Virus record (IMG/VR): IMGVR_UViG_3300024972_000005
Span: 1-61,871 of that record
Length of the DNA: 61,871 bases
Origin: a virus
Taxonomy: Duplodnaviria > Caudoviricetes
Direction: 5' to 3' (one strand)
Under the pieces are notes generated by a model, which was not told the DNA's origin, did not search any database, and saw only the letters and a list, made by a program, of their open reading frames with translations. Positions 47,350 through 56,654 of this stretch are shown piece by piece; positions within the stretch are counted from its first letter, which is position 1, and each line of letters starts with the position of its first letter. The position numbers and the translations under genes were made by a program.

Positions 47350-48497
47350 AGTCTGCGGCTTAAATTAATTGGCTCTGTAGAAATGCTGTTCAGTTCAAAA
47401 TCAGTGCCTACACCTTCAACACCGATCTGCCAGTGCCTTGATTTAAGGCCACGCCCTAGTTTCAGGCGGTTGTTATAGATGCCATCCTTGCCGGTGGCAT
47501 CCAGTTCATACACGTACTGTTCATCGTCATCCAGCGTGATGGTGACGATCAGATTGCCATTGCTGCGATAATTGAAATAAAGTTCATGCACCCGTTTAAG
47601 CTGCTCACTCTCAAAATCAAAAATGCCCAGGGTGACGTTGCTGGTAATGTCTGCGGCATCGTCAAGCGTGCCGGTCAGTGCATAAATGCCGCCATCGCCT
47701 GCAGCTAATGCCACGCCGTTAAACATGGTCATGGAATTGAAATTAAAGTTGGAGTAACTGGTCAATCCTACGGTATTGGTATTCAGCGTATAAATATTGT
47801 AGGTATCGTTATCGGTGCTGGCGTAACCATTGGCGAGTAATTGCAAGGATGGCAGGCTGATAGTAGCCGTGCCTAAAATGTTGGCTGCGCCGTCTGTGGC
47901 GAGTGTGAAACTTGGTAAACTGAATGCGCTTGTGCCGTCTGCGCCGTTTTCGCCATTGGCTGTGATGCCGTATTTGGCTAAATTGCGTGTCAGTGATCCG
48001 CTAGTGCCGCCGCTGCCTTCTGCAACAATGACCAGTGCGCCGGTGCGTATATTGGCGCTGCCTAAGTTTTCGGTACTGGAAAATGCGGATAACAGTAACG
48101 CAGGAATCTGGCGATTGAACGTGCCGTTTGTGCCGGTCAGTCCTGCACCGCTTACACTTAATTTTGGCAGCGAGAATGCCGCGAATGAATCAGAAAATGC
48201 GCTTACACGGAATACCGGCAAGCGGATGCTGGCATTGCCAGATACTTCATTAACGCCACTTGCCAGCAGTGTGTAAACTGGCAGATCCTTTTCGATGTGC
48301 GTGCCGTCAGTGTTCGTGCCGCCGACACCGGTGGCTGAAACAGTGAATGCAGGCAGTTCTGCATGATAGTCTGTGGCCTCAAGTGATAATGCTGGCAGCA
48401 CTATGCTGGCTGTACCATCCCCTGCAATCGGGGTGTTTGGGGCAGAAATCCCGACTAATAGCTTTGGTAATATGAGAACTGCCACACCGTTTGACAT
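47346..48497 (-). CDS. Virion structural protein (tail)
   Basis: 383 aa with repeated LP motifs; C-terminal KLGRGLKSRHWQI. Confidence 0.65.
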   Translation of the reverse strand: MSNGVAVLILPKLLVGISAPNTPIAGDGTASIVLPALSLEATDYHAELPAFTVSATGVGGTNTDGTHIEKDLPVYTLLASGVNEVSGNASIRLPVFRVSAFSDSFAAFSLPKLSVSGAGLTGTNGTFNRQIPALLLSAFSSTENLGSANIRTGALVIVAEGSGGTSGSLTRNLAKYGITANGENGADGTSAFSLPSFTLATDGAANILGTATISLPSLQLLANGYASTDNDTYNIYTLNTNTVGLTSYSNFNFNSMTMFNGVALAAGDGGIYALTGTLDDAADITSNVTLGIFDFESEQLKRVHELYFNYRSNGNLIVTITLDDDEQYVYELDATGKDGIYNNRLKLGRGLKSRHWQIGVEGVGTDFELNSISTEPINLSRRL

Positions 48498-48563
48498 AAA
48501 TCACTCCACTGTAGTTAAACCGGCAGGCGCATGACGCGCCCACCTACTGCATGAACTGCTTTA

Positions 48564-49340
48564 TTAACTTGCTGGCAGGGTGACAGCAAAGCCGCTGATG
48601 GTCTGGGTAGCTGTCGCTGCGATCGCGGTTGAAGTCAGGTTCAGGTCAGAACCACTGGTGCTGATAGACATATCCAGTCGCACCTGGCTATCGGTAGAAT
48701 CTGCCGCACCTGAATCAGCCACCGCACCGACAAAACGCGCCCATCCTGCCGTACCGCCTGCCACTGCAACGCCTGACCATGTTTGTGCGTCATCCTTGCT
48801 CAATACGCCAGAGGCCGATGCGCCAAATTTAAGGCCATTGACCGGTGTGACACCGCTTGCCATATCGGTATCAGAGCCGGTAATGGTGGTGAATGAGGCC
48901 ACAACCGCCAAGCCGTTCGCTTCTGCGCCTGCGCCGCGTGCTGCAGTAATGGTAATCACGCCGCTGCCGCCGGTTGATGCTTTGTATTTTGGACTGGTTG
49001 AAGCCTTGTTGATGGCGGCAATCACATCAAGCGCGGTCTGTGCCAGTGATGTGTTGAACGGAACTGCAGCCGGAAGAATATCCACACCGTCCACGGTAAT
49101 GGTATCGACCGAGCCGGAAGATCCGGTTGAAAGGGTGACTGAACCGGTTGCCAACACCTCTGCGGTATGTGCGCCGCTGTTGTTGGTGTAGGTGCAAAGC
49201 AATGTGCCGGATGGTGCGGTTTCAGGGTTTGCAGGCTGTGCGCCTGAATAAACCATCAATTTACCACCTTGCAAGGCGTGTTTTAGTGAGCCTTGTTCGT
49301 TGACGTAATTGCGGAGTGCATTGGATAAACGTACTGTCAT
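48564..49340 (-). CDS. Virion structural protein
   Basis: RLSNALRN...VYSGAQPANPE...GTAGWARF...RLD motif. Confidence 0.7.
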   Translation of the reverse strand: MTVRLSNALRNYVNEQGSLKHALQGGKLMVYSGAQPANPETAPSGTLLCTYTNNSGAHTAEVLATGSVTLSTGSSGSVDTITVDGVDILPAAVPFNTSLAQTALDVIAAINKASTSPKYKASTGGSGVITITAARGAGAEANGLAVVASFTTITGSDTDMASGVTPVNGLKFGASASGVLSKDDAQTWSGVAVAGGTAGWARFVGAVADSGAADSTDSQVRLDMSISTSGSDLNLTSTAIAATATQTISGFAVTLPAS

Positions 49341-49358
49341 GATCGTTTCCTTAAAATG

Positions 49359-49413
49359 AAAAAACCGCCGAACGGCGGTGGTATAGACGAAAAAAAACCG
49401 CCCGAAGGCGGTT
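49359..49413 (-). terminator. Two tandem terminator hairpins
   Basis: CCGCC-TTCG-GGCGG plus T-tract, then CCGCCG-TT-CGGCGG plus T-tract. Confidence 0.7.
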
Positions 49414-49429
49414 GCTGGAACTGGTGGTG

Positions 49430-50611
49430 CTAACTGCGTAAAACTGTAATGTACTGGTCAATGCCGTTGACAGTGCGGAACAATGCCGCGCCTTCGTTGG
49501 CCTTGCCTATAGCATAGCGGTCTAAGGTCAAATCAATGGTCGCGCCGCCACTCATGCCAACCACAATACCGGCGTGAGAAGTCCATACCGGCACACTTTG
49601 TTTGTCTAACTTTTCCAAGCCTTTAACTTGATTGCTGGCAACATAAGTCAATGTGCCCTTCACTACCCCAACACCAGCCACCTCGATTAATTGCGTTACG
49701 TCAGGCTGTGTGCCTGCAAGGAAGTATGTGTTGGATTCCGTTCCGATGAACATGCCATCTTTGACCGGTGCAATCATGGTGATCGTTTTGATAAATCCTA
49801 AATAATCACGCAAATCAAACAACTCGTAACCGAACGGTTTTGAATAAAAAAGCCACTGACCTTGCGCCACATACATGCGGCCTTGGAAATAACATACCAA
49901 CTGACCGGCTGGCGCAGGCTGGCAGAATTGCGTGTCTAGCGGCGTGCGTAAAATACCGCCATTGTAATGAGCGCTGGTGGTTGCATTGTCTAATACCAAC
50001 GCACGATACAACACCTCGCCATTTGCTTGTGTCAGGTAGATGACCTTGTGGGTCACTGTCGGGTCAGGCGACACCGGTATGTCACTGAATGTGATCGCGC
50101 CTGTTGTAATCTCGATTTTGTCAGCGATTCCCGTACCTGATTCCTGACCATCTTCGCGTAAATAGGTTAAAGCATACTGATACTTACCGCTGTGCATATC
50201 GCCATACGATGCGGTAGCCAACGGCTGAAACACCGGCGGCACAATGCCCCATGTACGATTGCCGTTACTGGTATAAATGCCGGTCTGGGCACTATTGCTG
50301 TAATATACCTTGCCGTCAACCTCACTGTAACTCATGACAAGGCCACTGCTTAAATCGCTGCGTACCGTCACGCTACTGGCTAAATCGCTATTTAATCGTT
50401 TCAGGTTCGCGCCCTGCACATACAGGCAAATATCGCCATGCGCCCATAGGGAATGCACGGCTGCGGTGATTTTCTTTACATAACCATCACGGCTTAACAG
50501 TTTGCCGCTGTTATCAAGATTAACATTGGATGCCACTGCCAAATCGCCAGCCGCAAAGCGTTCTGCGCTTACATTGTTGCGCAAGCCTTGGAATGCTTTG
50601 AAGTTAGCCAT
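49430..50611 (-). CDS. Putative tail nozzle/stabilisation protein
   Basis: 393 aa beta-rich, FQGLRN...ASNVNLDNSGKL.SRDGY start; follows adaptor gene. Confidence 0.6.
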   Translation of the reverse strand: MANFKAFQGLRNNVSAERFAAGDLAVASNVNLDNSGKLLSRDGYVKKITAAVHSLWAHGDICLYVQGANLKRLNSDLASSVTVRSDLSSGLVMSYSEVDGKVYYSNSAQTGIYTSNGNRTWGIVPPVFQPLATASYGDMHSGKYQYALTYLREDGQESGTGIADKIEITTGAITFSDIPVSPDPTVTHKVIYLTQANGEVLYRALVLDNATTSAHYNGGILRTPLDTQFCQPAPAGQLVCYFQGRMYVAQGQWLFYSKPFGYELFDLRDYLGFIKTITMIAPVKDGMFIGTESNTYFLAGTQPDVTQLIEVAGVGVVKGTLTYVASNQVKGLEKLDKQSVPVWTSHAGIVVGMSGGATIDLTLDRYAIGKANEGAALFRTVNGIDQYITVLRS

Positions 50612-50728
50612 AGTATTTAATCACCAGGGTAGTGAAGTAATAAACAATATAAATCCAAGCGAAAAAACTATATGCCGTTAAGAACTTAATATCTAAAGGC
50701 ATATCTTTAAAGTAGAATTTTGTGTTCA

Positions 50729-51391
50729 TTAATACACCCCGTTAAAATCATCGCCCATCTGTTCGCGTGCAATCCATTCTTCATCTACGGCAGAACTGCG
50801 TTTGCCAAAGATTGATTCAAACAGGTCATAGTTTTCCTTGGCCTTCTTTTCATCTTTGGTTTCGGTGTCCTGCTTCATGTAAGCACGGTGCATGATCCAG
50901 TAGCGTAAGTTACAGTGATAGCGTGCATTAATTTCAGGGGTGTCATCCATTGCCTTCATATCAACCAAAGGCATGCGTATCACGGTCATTTTTAACGTGT
51001 CGTTGACGATTGGATTTCGATATAACCGTATTTTTCCGGTTTCATAGTCGGTGATAAACAGTTCCGGTGTACCGGTTTCCGTTTCCCATCCAACAATAGA
51101 ACGATCCATATCTCGCATCTGGGCGCGACCCAGAGGCATATCATCCAGTGCTAACTTGGCGCGGCGAATGAAAACGACACGGCTATCCAGTGTTAATACC
51201 GGATTACCGGCAGTCACGGCAATCTGTGTAACTGCCGCTGTAGTTGAATCAATAATCAAACGTGCGCGAATACTGGCTTCATTTTCTGCATCTACCGCGT
51301 ACTCGATCAGTTCTTCGTCAGACCATAACTTCTTGCCTGCCGCATCATCCAGTTCATTCCGCACCAGTGCCAGCAATTCGCGCAAGGTCAT
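50729..51391 (-). CDS. Head-tail adaptor protein
   Basis: MTLRELLALVRNELDD...LWSDEEL...RAYMKQDTET. Confidence 0.75.
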   Translation of the reverse strand: MTLRELLALVRNELDDAAGKKLWSDEELIEYAVDAENEASIRARLIIDSTTAAVTQIAVTAGNPVLTLDSRVVFIRRAKLALDDMPLGRAQMRDMDRSIVGWETETGTPELFITDYETGKIRLYRNPIVNDTLKMTVIRMPLVDMKAMDDTPEINARYHCNLRYWIMHRAYMKQDTETKDEKKAKENYDLFESIFGKRSSAVDEEWIAREQMGDDFNGVY

Positions 51392-51393
51392 GA

Positions 51394-51825
51394 TTATTTA
51401 CCACCCAATGCAGCCAGGTCATCTTCGCTGTTTACGCCGGTTTTTTCCGCATCAGGATTACCGCCATCAGCATCGCCTTTAAAATTGCCTGCCGCATCTA
51501 TACTGCCGGAAGTCAGCGCGTTTGGGTCTGCATTACCAACGTCAGTAGTGGGTGATACTTCAGCGACTTTGACTTTAACCAGATTGCCTTCGGTATCGAC
51601 TTGCTGGCCTTCTGCGTTGAACAGCTTGCCGTCCTGCTCAAACTTAGCGCCGTTGCCGCCGAATACGTCATAGAATTTTTTGCTGCGGTCTAAGGTCACT
51701 GCACCTTTTGCCGGTTTTGTGTTCACTAAACCGGTTTGGCTGGCTGGTGCTGCCGCCTTATCTACTTTTGCTACCGGCGCTGCCTTGTCTGCTTTTGGTG
51801 CTTGACTACGATTATTGCTTGCCAT
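51394..51825 (-). CDS. Hypothetical head-associated protein
   Basis: LDRSKKF.DVFG...FEQDGKLFNAEG; start reassigned to MASNN. Confidence 0.6.
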   Translation of the reverse strand: MASNNRSQAPKADKAAPVAKVDKAAAPASQTGLVNTKPAKGAVTLDRSKKFYDVFGGNGAKFEQDGKLFNAEGQQVDTEGNLVKVKVAEVSPTTDVGNADPNALTSGSIDAAGNFKGDADGGNPDAEKTGVNSEDDLAALGGK

Positions 51826-51870
51826 GATGTTGTTTACTCCATGTGATTGAAAAGTTAGCATTGCTGGCGA

Positions 51871-52053
51871 TTAGTCGCTTTTTTCGCACTTATCGCTTTG
51901 TGTGCTGGATTTGATGCTGCCACCGTTGTCATACCCTTGGTCGAGATTGCTGCCGTAGGTATCAGTGACACCGGTATTCACGCCACGATCCGGCATTGGT
52001 TTGCTGTCACCTTGTACAACGCCAGTGCCGTCTGGTCTTGGATAGTTTTTCAT
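51871..52053 (-). CDS. Hypothetical protein
   Basis: 60 aa, AGGAG RBS. Confidence 0.5.
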   Translation of the reverse strand: MKNYPRPDGTGVVQGDSKPMPDRGVNTGVTDTYGSNLDQGYDNGGSIKSSTQSDKCEKSD

Positions 52054-52087
52054 GCTGATTGCTCCTGATTAATTAAAGTAGTGCTGC

Positions 52088-52297
52088 TTAACGCTCCCAA
52101 CCTTCTGGGCGACCTACAAAGCCGCCTTCTTTTTCAGGCCGGAATAAACCAAGCCCAAATGGATTGTCTTGCACGGCTGGCACGTCTTTGATGTAGCCGT
52201 TTTCAAGGTCTGACTTGCCTGCGCCACCTAGCGAACCATTTGTGCCGCCGGTAATGCCTGCATCAGACTGTTTCAATGTGTCGTTATCGTTTTTCAT
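52088..52297 (-). CDS. Hypothetical protein
   Basis: 69 aa, ATGA overlap. Confidence 0.5.
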   Translation of the reverse strand: MKNDNDTLKQSDAGITGGTNGSLGGAGKSDLENGYIKDVPAVQDNPFGLGLFRPEKEGGFVGRPEGWER

Positions 52298-53829
52298 GCG
52301 AGTATTCCTTCAAGGTTATAAAAAGCCTGTATTACACGTTCAGCGCTGATATTAGCCTGGCACAAAGCCACGCCGGACGATCCATATTGCGTACAGGTAT
52401 CAAACGAGTAGTGCATCTGGTGGCATGGGTAACATGGCGTGTGTTCAGGCTCTAGCGCAATCGTGTTTTCCCAATCACGGGTCAGGTTATGCTCGGAACT
52501 GTGCGATAACAGTACGATCTTGGCAGTCAATTCAAACGCCACTGCATTAAGTAAACCGGTTTCAGAACCGATCACCATATCCGCTACCTGCGCAAAGGCC
52601 ATAGATTGCCGCATTGTCCATGCACCGGCACGCTGCACTACTCTGGTTTCACCTTCCCACCCTTGCTGCAGCATGCTTTCATCTGCACCGCCTACCAGTA
52701 CCACTTTTAGTTTGGGGTCAGATAGCAACAACTTAGCAATCACGTCATCCATCCACGGATAAACTTTGTGTACGGCAGAACCGGATAATGACCACAACAC
52801 GGTATATCCATCCAGCACTTCATACTGCTTTTTCGCCCAGGCTTTTTCATCATCGGATGGGTAAAATAACTGCATGTATGCGGTGTATTTAATATCCGCT
52901 ATGTCATGCTGGAACTCTAGGTAATTGTGGTTCAAATACTTGTGGCGCATTTCCTGCGACCAGTTATAAGGCGTGCTATTTGGCAAGGCCAGCAAGCTAC
53001 GCTCTACCGATTCAGACAGGTTTACGAACTTGTCATACTTCTTGGCAAGGTGCGCCCAGAATTGGCCTAATTCATGGTTCGGTACTTGGTCGTCACCCTG
53101 CACCACGAACTTATCAATATGCGGATCATGCTTGGTCACTTCATAGCCTTGCTTGCCGGTATAGAACGTGACGTGATAGCCTAGCCGTTTCAGTCCGGCA
53201 ATCACACTGGATGCTTGGATTGCGTCACCATAAGCGCCGTACCTGCAAACTGCGGCCTGTGGTTTAGCCCGTGTTTTTAATACATTTAGCTTACTAAAGT
53301 CGCCTTTTCCTGTGCCGCTTTTCCTGTAAACCTGAAAAAAGCTGTATTCATTACCGGCATTGCGTTCTTCATTGACTAATAACGACCAGTTGCCTGTAAG
53401 TTTTAGCATAGCCTTTTTAATATCTTCCGGCACAAAGTCATTTTTATGATCTGGATTAGCGCCAGGCTGTCCGATATTCGGGTAATACTCTTTATGCGGC
53501 AGGTACAGGATTAAATGCCCGTCCTGCTTGATGACGCGCCACCATTCTTTCAGTGCCGCCTCGTAATCTGTAATATGCTCTAACAGATGGCTTGAAAACA
53601 CGAAGTCCATGCTGTTATCAGCAAAAATGCTTAAATCCTCGCAGGTATCGACCATTACATCGACACCTTGATTGCCCCAATGATGCCCGTTATCGACACC
53701 AATAAAATGAGGGAAAGTCTTGAATAGACCGCAACCTAAATCTAGGCCGCGACCTGCGGTGTATTCAACAATATCCCACTTAACCTTTGCTGCTTCATTA
53801 CCTTGTGGTGCGTTAATATCCCAGACCAT
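52294..53829 (-). CDS. SAM methyltransferase fused to GT9 (heptosyltransferase-like) glycosyltransferase
   Basis: GLDLGCG, DFVFSSHLLEH, EWWRVIK..G; then RYGAYGDAIQASS, HKVYPW, ADMVIGSETGLLNAV, CYPC. Confidence 0.85.
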   Translation of the reverse strand: MVWDINAPQGNEAAKVKWDIVEYTAGRGLDLGCGLFKTFPHFIGVDNGHHWGNQGVDVMVDTCEDLSIFADNSMDFVFSSHLLEHITDYEAALKEWWRVIKQDGHLILYLPHKEYYPNIGQPGANPDHKNDFVPEDIKKAMLKLTGNWSLLVNEERNAGNEYSFFQVYRKSGTGKGDFSKLNVLKTRAKPQAAVCRYGAYGDAIQASSVIAGLKRLGYHVTFYTGKQGYEVTKHDPHIDKFVVQGDDQVPNHELGQFWAHLAKKYDKFVNLSESVERSLLALPNSTPYNWSQEMRHKYLNHNYLEFQHDIADIKYTAYMQLFYPSDDEKAWAKKQYEVLDGYTVLWSLSGSAVHKVYPWMDDVIAKLLLSDPKLKVVLVGGADESMLQQGWEGETRVVQRAGAWTMRQSMAFAQVADMVIGSETGLLNAVAFELTAKIVLLSHSSEHNLTRDWENTIALEPEHTPCYPCHQMHYSFDTCTQYGSSGVALCQANISAERVIQAFYNLEGILA

Positions 53830-53887
53830 AATAGTTCCTAAAAGAAAGGGCGACACATTGCCGCCCCTTCGTTTAACTATGTCAGCG

Positions 53888-54271
53888 TTAAGCTGTCAAG
53901 TCTGAACCTGGCACAACGTAAGTTTCTACTGCCACTGATAAGGCAATAGATGCGTCAGTACCATGTGCCACCCAGAACTGATCACCTTGCGCCAAGGTAA
54001 TATTCAGCGCATTGTTTTTAGGTGTAATGGCTGCAGAAGTGATTGCAGACAAGGTTGCAGTTGCGGTTGCTGTGCCACTCTTAGTGTACAAAAGCGGTTG
54101 TGTCGCTGATGTACTAGCGATATTCACGCCCAAAGTAACGGATTTAAGTTTTTGTGCGGTAAATGCCGCAAACTTTTGAGAAACGCCATTTGCGCCTGCT
54201 GGTGTACCGGATGAATAAACAACCGGTACTTGGTAGGCTGGATGGTCGTAGGCTTTGTTTTTTACTGTCAT
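53888..54271 (-). CDS. Putative capsid decoration/minor head protein
   Basis: 127 aa beta-rich directly after capsid gene. Confidence 0.6.
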   Translation of the reverse strand: MTVKNKAYDHPAYQVPVVYSSGTPAGANGVSQKFAAFTAQKLKSVTLGVNIASTSATQPLLYTKSGTATATATLSAITSAAITPKNNALNITLAQGDQFWVAHGTDASIALSVAVETYVVPGSDLTA

Positions 54272-54349
54272 TTCAGTTTCCTTTACCCCGTTAGCCTCTC
54301 TAACAGGGTTTTATTTGGCAGCGCGAGTAGGCGCGATAAGCCAAGAATG

Positions 54350-54371
54350 AAAAAACCGCCCGAAGGCGGTT
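54350..54371 (-). terminator. Terminator after major capsid gene
   Basis: CCGCC-TTCG-GGCGG followed by T6. Confidence 0.75.
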
Positions 54372-54376
54372 ATTTG

Positions 54377-55324
54377 TTAGGTTGCTGAACCCCATTTCAC
54401 GATACGGGCTTGTGCTGCCAGGGTATGCACCAGACCGAAGCCGCCAAGGTAGTACCATGCAACACCTTTTGAGCGACCGTAATCACTTGGGATCTTGCCG
54501 CGGATTTCTTCCGGCACGGCAATGCCTTCTGCCACGGTATCTTCACCGAAGAAGTAAGCCCAATTTGATTTGCCGTTTGCCCAAGTTTCCTTGGCAACGT
54601 TGGTTTGCTCAACAAAGCGCACGCCTTCATAGCGACCAATTTCACCGTTCATGATCATGGTGAAACCTGTTTCCACGTACTGATGCACGGCTTCCAAGTC
54701 ATTTTTCAGTTTGCGGAAAGTGGATGGATGACCTAGCGCAAAGTAGTCATCGTTTTGGTATGGTGGAATGTTGCGTTCCTTCATAACGTCCACGATGGCC
54801 TTGATATGGTCTTTACCCATTGCCACGTTGTTGGTTGCTGGCGGTGTGCCGTCTGTTGCCAATGTCACGGCATCGGTTGCTGTACCTGCTGATGGTGTAA
54901 CTACCAGCGGTGTCAGTGCAAACTGCGCAGAAGCGGCAGCATCAAATGCTTTTTTAGCATCGTTTTTCAGCACTTTGTTGATGACTTCTTTCACCGGATG
55001 CTCTGACAAATCATCCAATTTTCCGGTGTAAGGCACGCTATTACCGTACTCGGTAATAGTCAGCTCACCCTGGGTGATGGTGAAGTTAGTTTCAGGCATT
55101 ACATCGGTTTCAGCCAATGCGCCACCTTGAGTAGCTACATCGCTGTACACGTTCCAATGGAACTTGTCGCCTTTGCCTTTGCCTTGTTGAGTTGCGTCTT
55201 TTGCATCGCAAAATTGACGGAATTTCACCATTGGCTGTACGGCATTGCGCAAAACCTTTGATAAATTGAGTGAGTACATATAACCGCCTAGGCTGTTAGT
55301 ACCCCATACTTGTTGACCTGCCAT
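54377..55324 (-). CDS. Major capsid protein (N4-gp56-like HK97 fold)
   Basis: LTITEYGNSV, GEIGRYEGVRFVE, DYGRSKGVAWY motifs; after scaffold. Confidence 0.9.
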   Translation of the reverse strand: MAGQQVWGTNSLGGYMYSLNLSKVLRNAVQPMVKFRQFCDAKDATQQGKGKGDKFHWNVYSDVATQGGALAETDVMPETNFTITQGELTITEYGNSVPYTGKLDDLSEHPVKEVINKVLKNDAKKAFDAAASAQFALTPLVVTPSAGTATDAVTLATDGTPPATNNVAMGKDHIKAIVDVMKERNIPPYQNDDYFALGHPSTFRKLKNDLEAVHQYVETGFTMIMNGEIGRYEGVRFVEQTNVAKETWANGKSNWAYFFGEDTVAEGIAVPEEIRGKIPSDYGRSKGVAWYYLGGFGLVHTLAAQARIVKWGSAT

Positions 55325-55349
55325 GATTAATACTCCTTATTGATCTTGT

Positions 55350-56303
55350 TTAAACGGGTAAGCCACGCGCTTGCCGCATTTCACGAATCGTGTCTGATGC
55401 GTTTTCTGCGCCATCTGTGGCTGGTTCAGGAACGTTTGTTTTCTGGCTGGCGGCCTGCACATGATCAAGTTCAGCTTTACGGGCTGCCTTGTCATTGCTT
55501 GTTACCGTTACGCCCTTGGCTTTAAGCCATTCGCGTGTGGTATCGCCTGCATAGGTCAAGGCTTCATCCAGCGGTTTACCGTCACGCAATGCTTGTGCGC
55601 GATAGGTATCTGCCATCTGAACCAAGAACGGATCAGCCACTACGTCCTGGTAATCGGTGATAAAAGCCTGCATTGCCACGTCATCCTGCATTTTCTGACG
55701 CGCACGCTCGGCTACTTGGTCAATGTCGAGTTCTGGTTGTGGAATAGCCGGTTGACGTTCCCCCAATAACTTCTTCACTGCCGCTCTGGTTTTTTCTTCA
55801 TCGCCTTCGTACAAGGCACTGACTAACTCATTCGCCTGATCGTCCAATGTGGTGGATGGATCGGCTTTTGGGTTATTAGGACTTGCACTTAACGCTTCTT
55901 CTCGCTGGCGTAACTCTGCTTCCTGCCGGTCAAGTTCTGCGGTTCTTCGGGCGGCTTCATCCAGCCGTTTTGAGGCGGCTGCGTCTTTTTGATGGACACG
56001 TAGCGCCTCTGCCGCTGGCATAAGCTGCTCTTGTCCGTCAATCTTGGTGCGCACCTGATAATTGGCGAGTTCTTCCTCGGTCAATACGTGCGGTGCGTTA
56101 TTCGGTACGGCAGGCGTTGGTGCTGCCTCCGCTTGTGGTTCTGGCTCGGCTAGACCTTGCTCCACTAGCTCTGCTTGGATGACTTCATGGTTGTTGTTTG
56201 CGAGTTGTTCAATGAAGTCATAACGTGGATTTGGCGAAGCCTGAACCCCTGTATCTGTTTCTTGATCCAACACGCCCGTCTGGGTAGCGTTATCTTTAGG
56301 CAT
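55350..56303 (-). CDS. Capsid scaffolding protein
   Basis: Acidic, helical, KIDGQEQ motif, ends IREMRQARG; between portal and capsid. Confidence 0.75.
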   Translation of the reverse strand: MPKDNATQTGVLDQETDTGVQASPNPRYDFIEQLANNNHEVIQAELVEQGLAEPEPQAEAAPTPAVPNNAPHVLTEEELANYQVRTKIDGQEQLMPAAEALRVHQKDAAASKRLDEAARRTAELDRQEAELRQREEALSASPNNPKADPSTTLDDQANELVSALYEGDEEKTRAAVKKLLGERQPAIPQPELDIDQVAERARQKMQDDVAMQAFITDYQDVVADPFLVQMADTYRAQALRDGKPLDEALTYAGDTTREWLKAKGVTVTSNDKAARKAELDHVQAASQKTNVPEPATDGAENASDTIREMRQARGLPV

Positions 56304-56316
56304 TTGTTTGCTCCAT

Positions 56317-56340
56317 AAAAAAAGCCGCACTAGGCGGCTT
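56317..56340 (-). terminator. Terminator-like hairpin upstream of scaffold gene
   Basis: GCCGC-CTAGT-GCGGC followed by T7. Confidence 0.6.
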
Positions 56341-56366
56341 GGTTACAACGTAACGAAAGGCTACGT

Positions 56367-56654
56367 TTAGTCTTGTGTGTCCATCAGTTCTAACTGCACT
56401 TCGCTGGCCTTACCGACCTCAAAGGCTTCCCTGATCCATATTTCAAAGTTTTCTGAACGGGCGATGATGCTTTGCAAGGCTCTGATACGATCCGTCTGTG
56501 ACGCATCTATCGCTTTCAACTCGTTAATCGCATCTATGGCATCCATTTCGGCGCGGCCTAACAGATACATGCCAAGGTCAGAGCGCATAAAGGCTTCGGC
56601 ATCCAAGCCCAGGCCAATCTTCTTCTGCAGTTCGTTCAAGTCATGTTGCGGCAT
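56367..56654 (-). CDS. Conserved small protein downstream of portal
   Basis: 95 aa helical, coupled to portal. Confidence 0.6.
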   Translation of the reverse strand: MPQHDLNELQKKIGLGLDAEAFMRSDLGMYLLGRAEMDAIDAINELKAIDASQTDRIRALQSIIARSENFEIWIREAFEVGKASEVQLELMDTQD

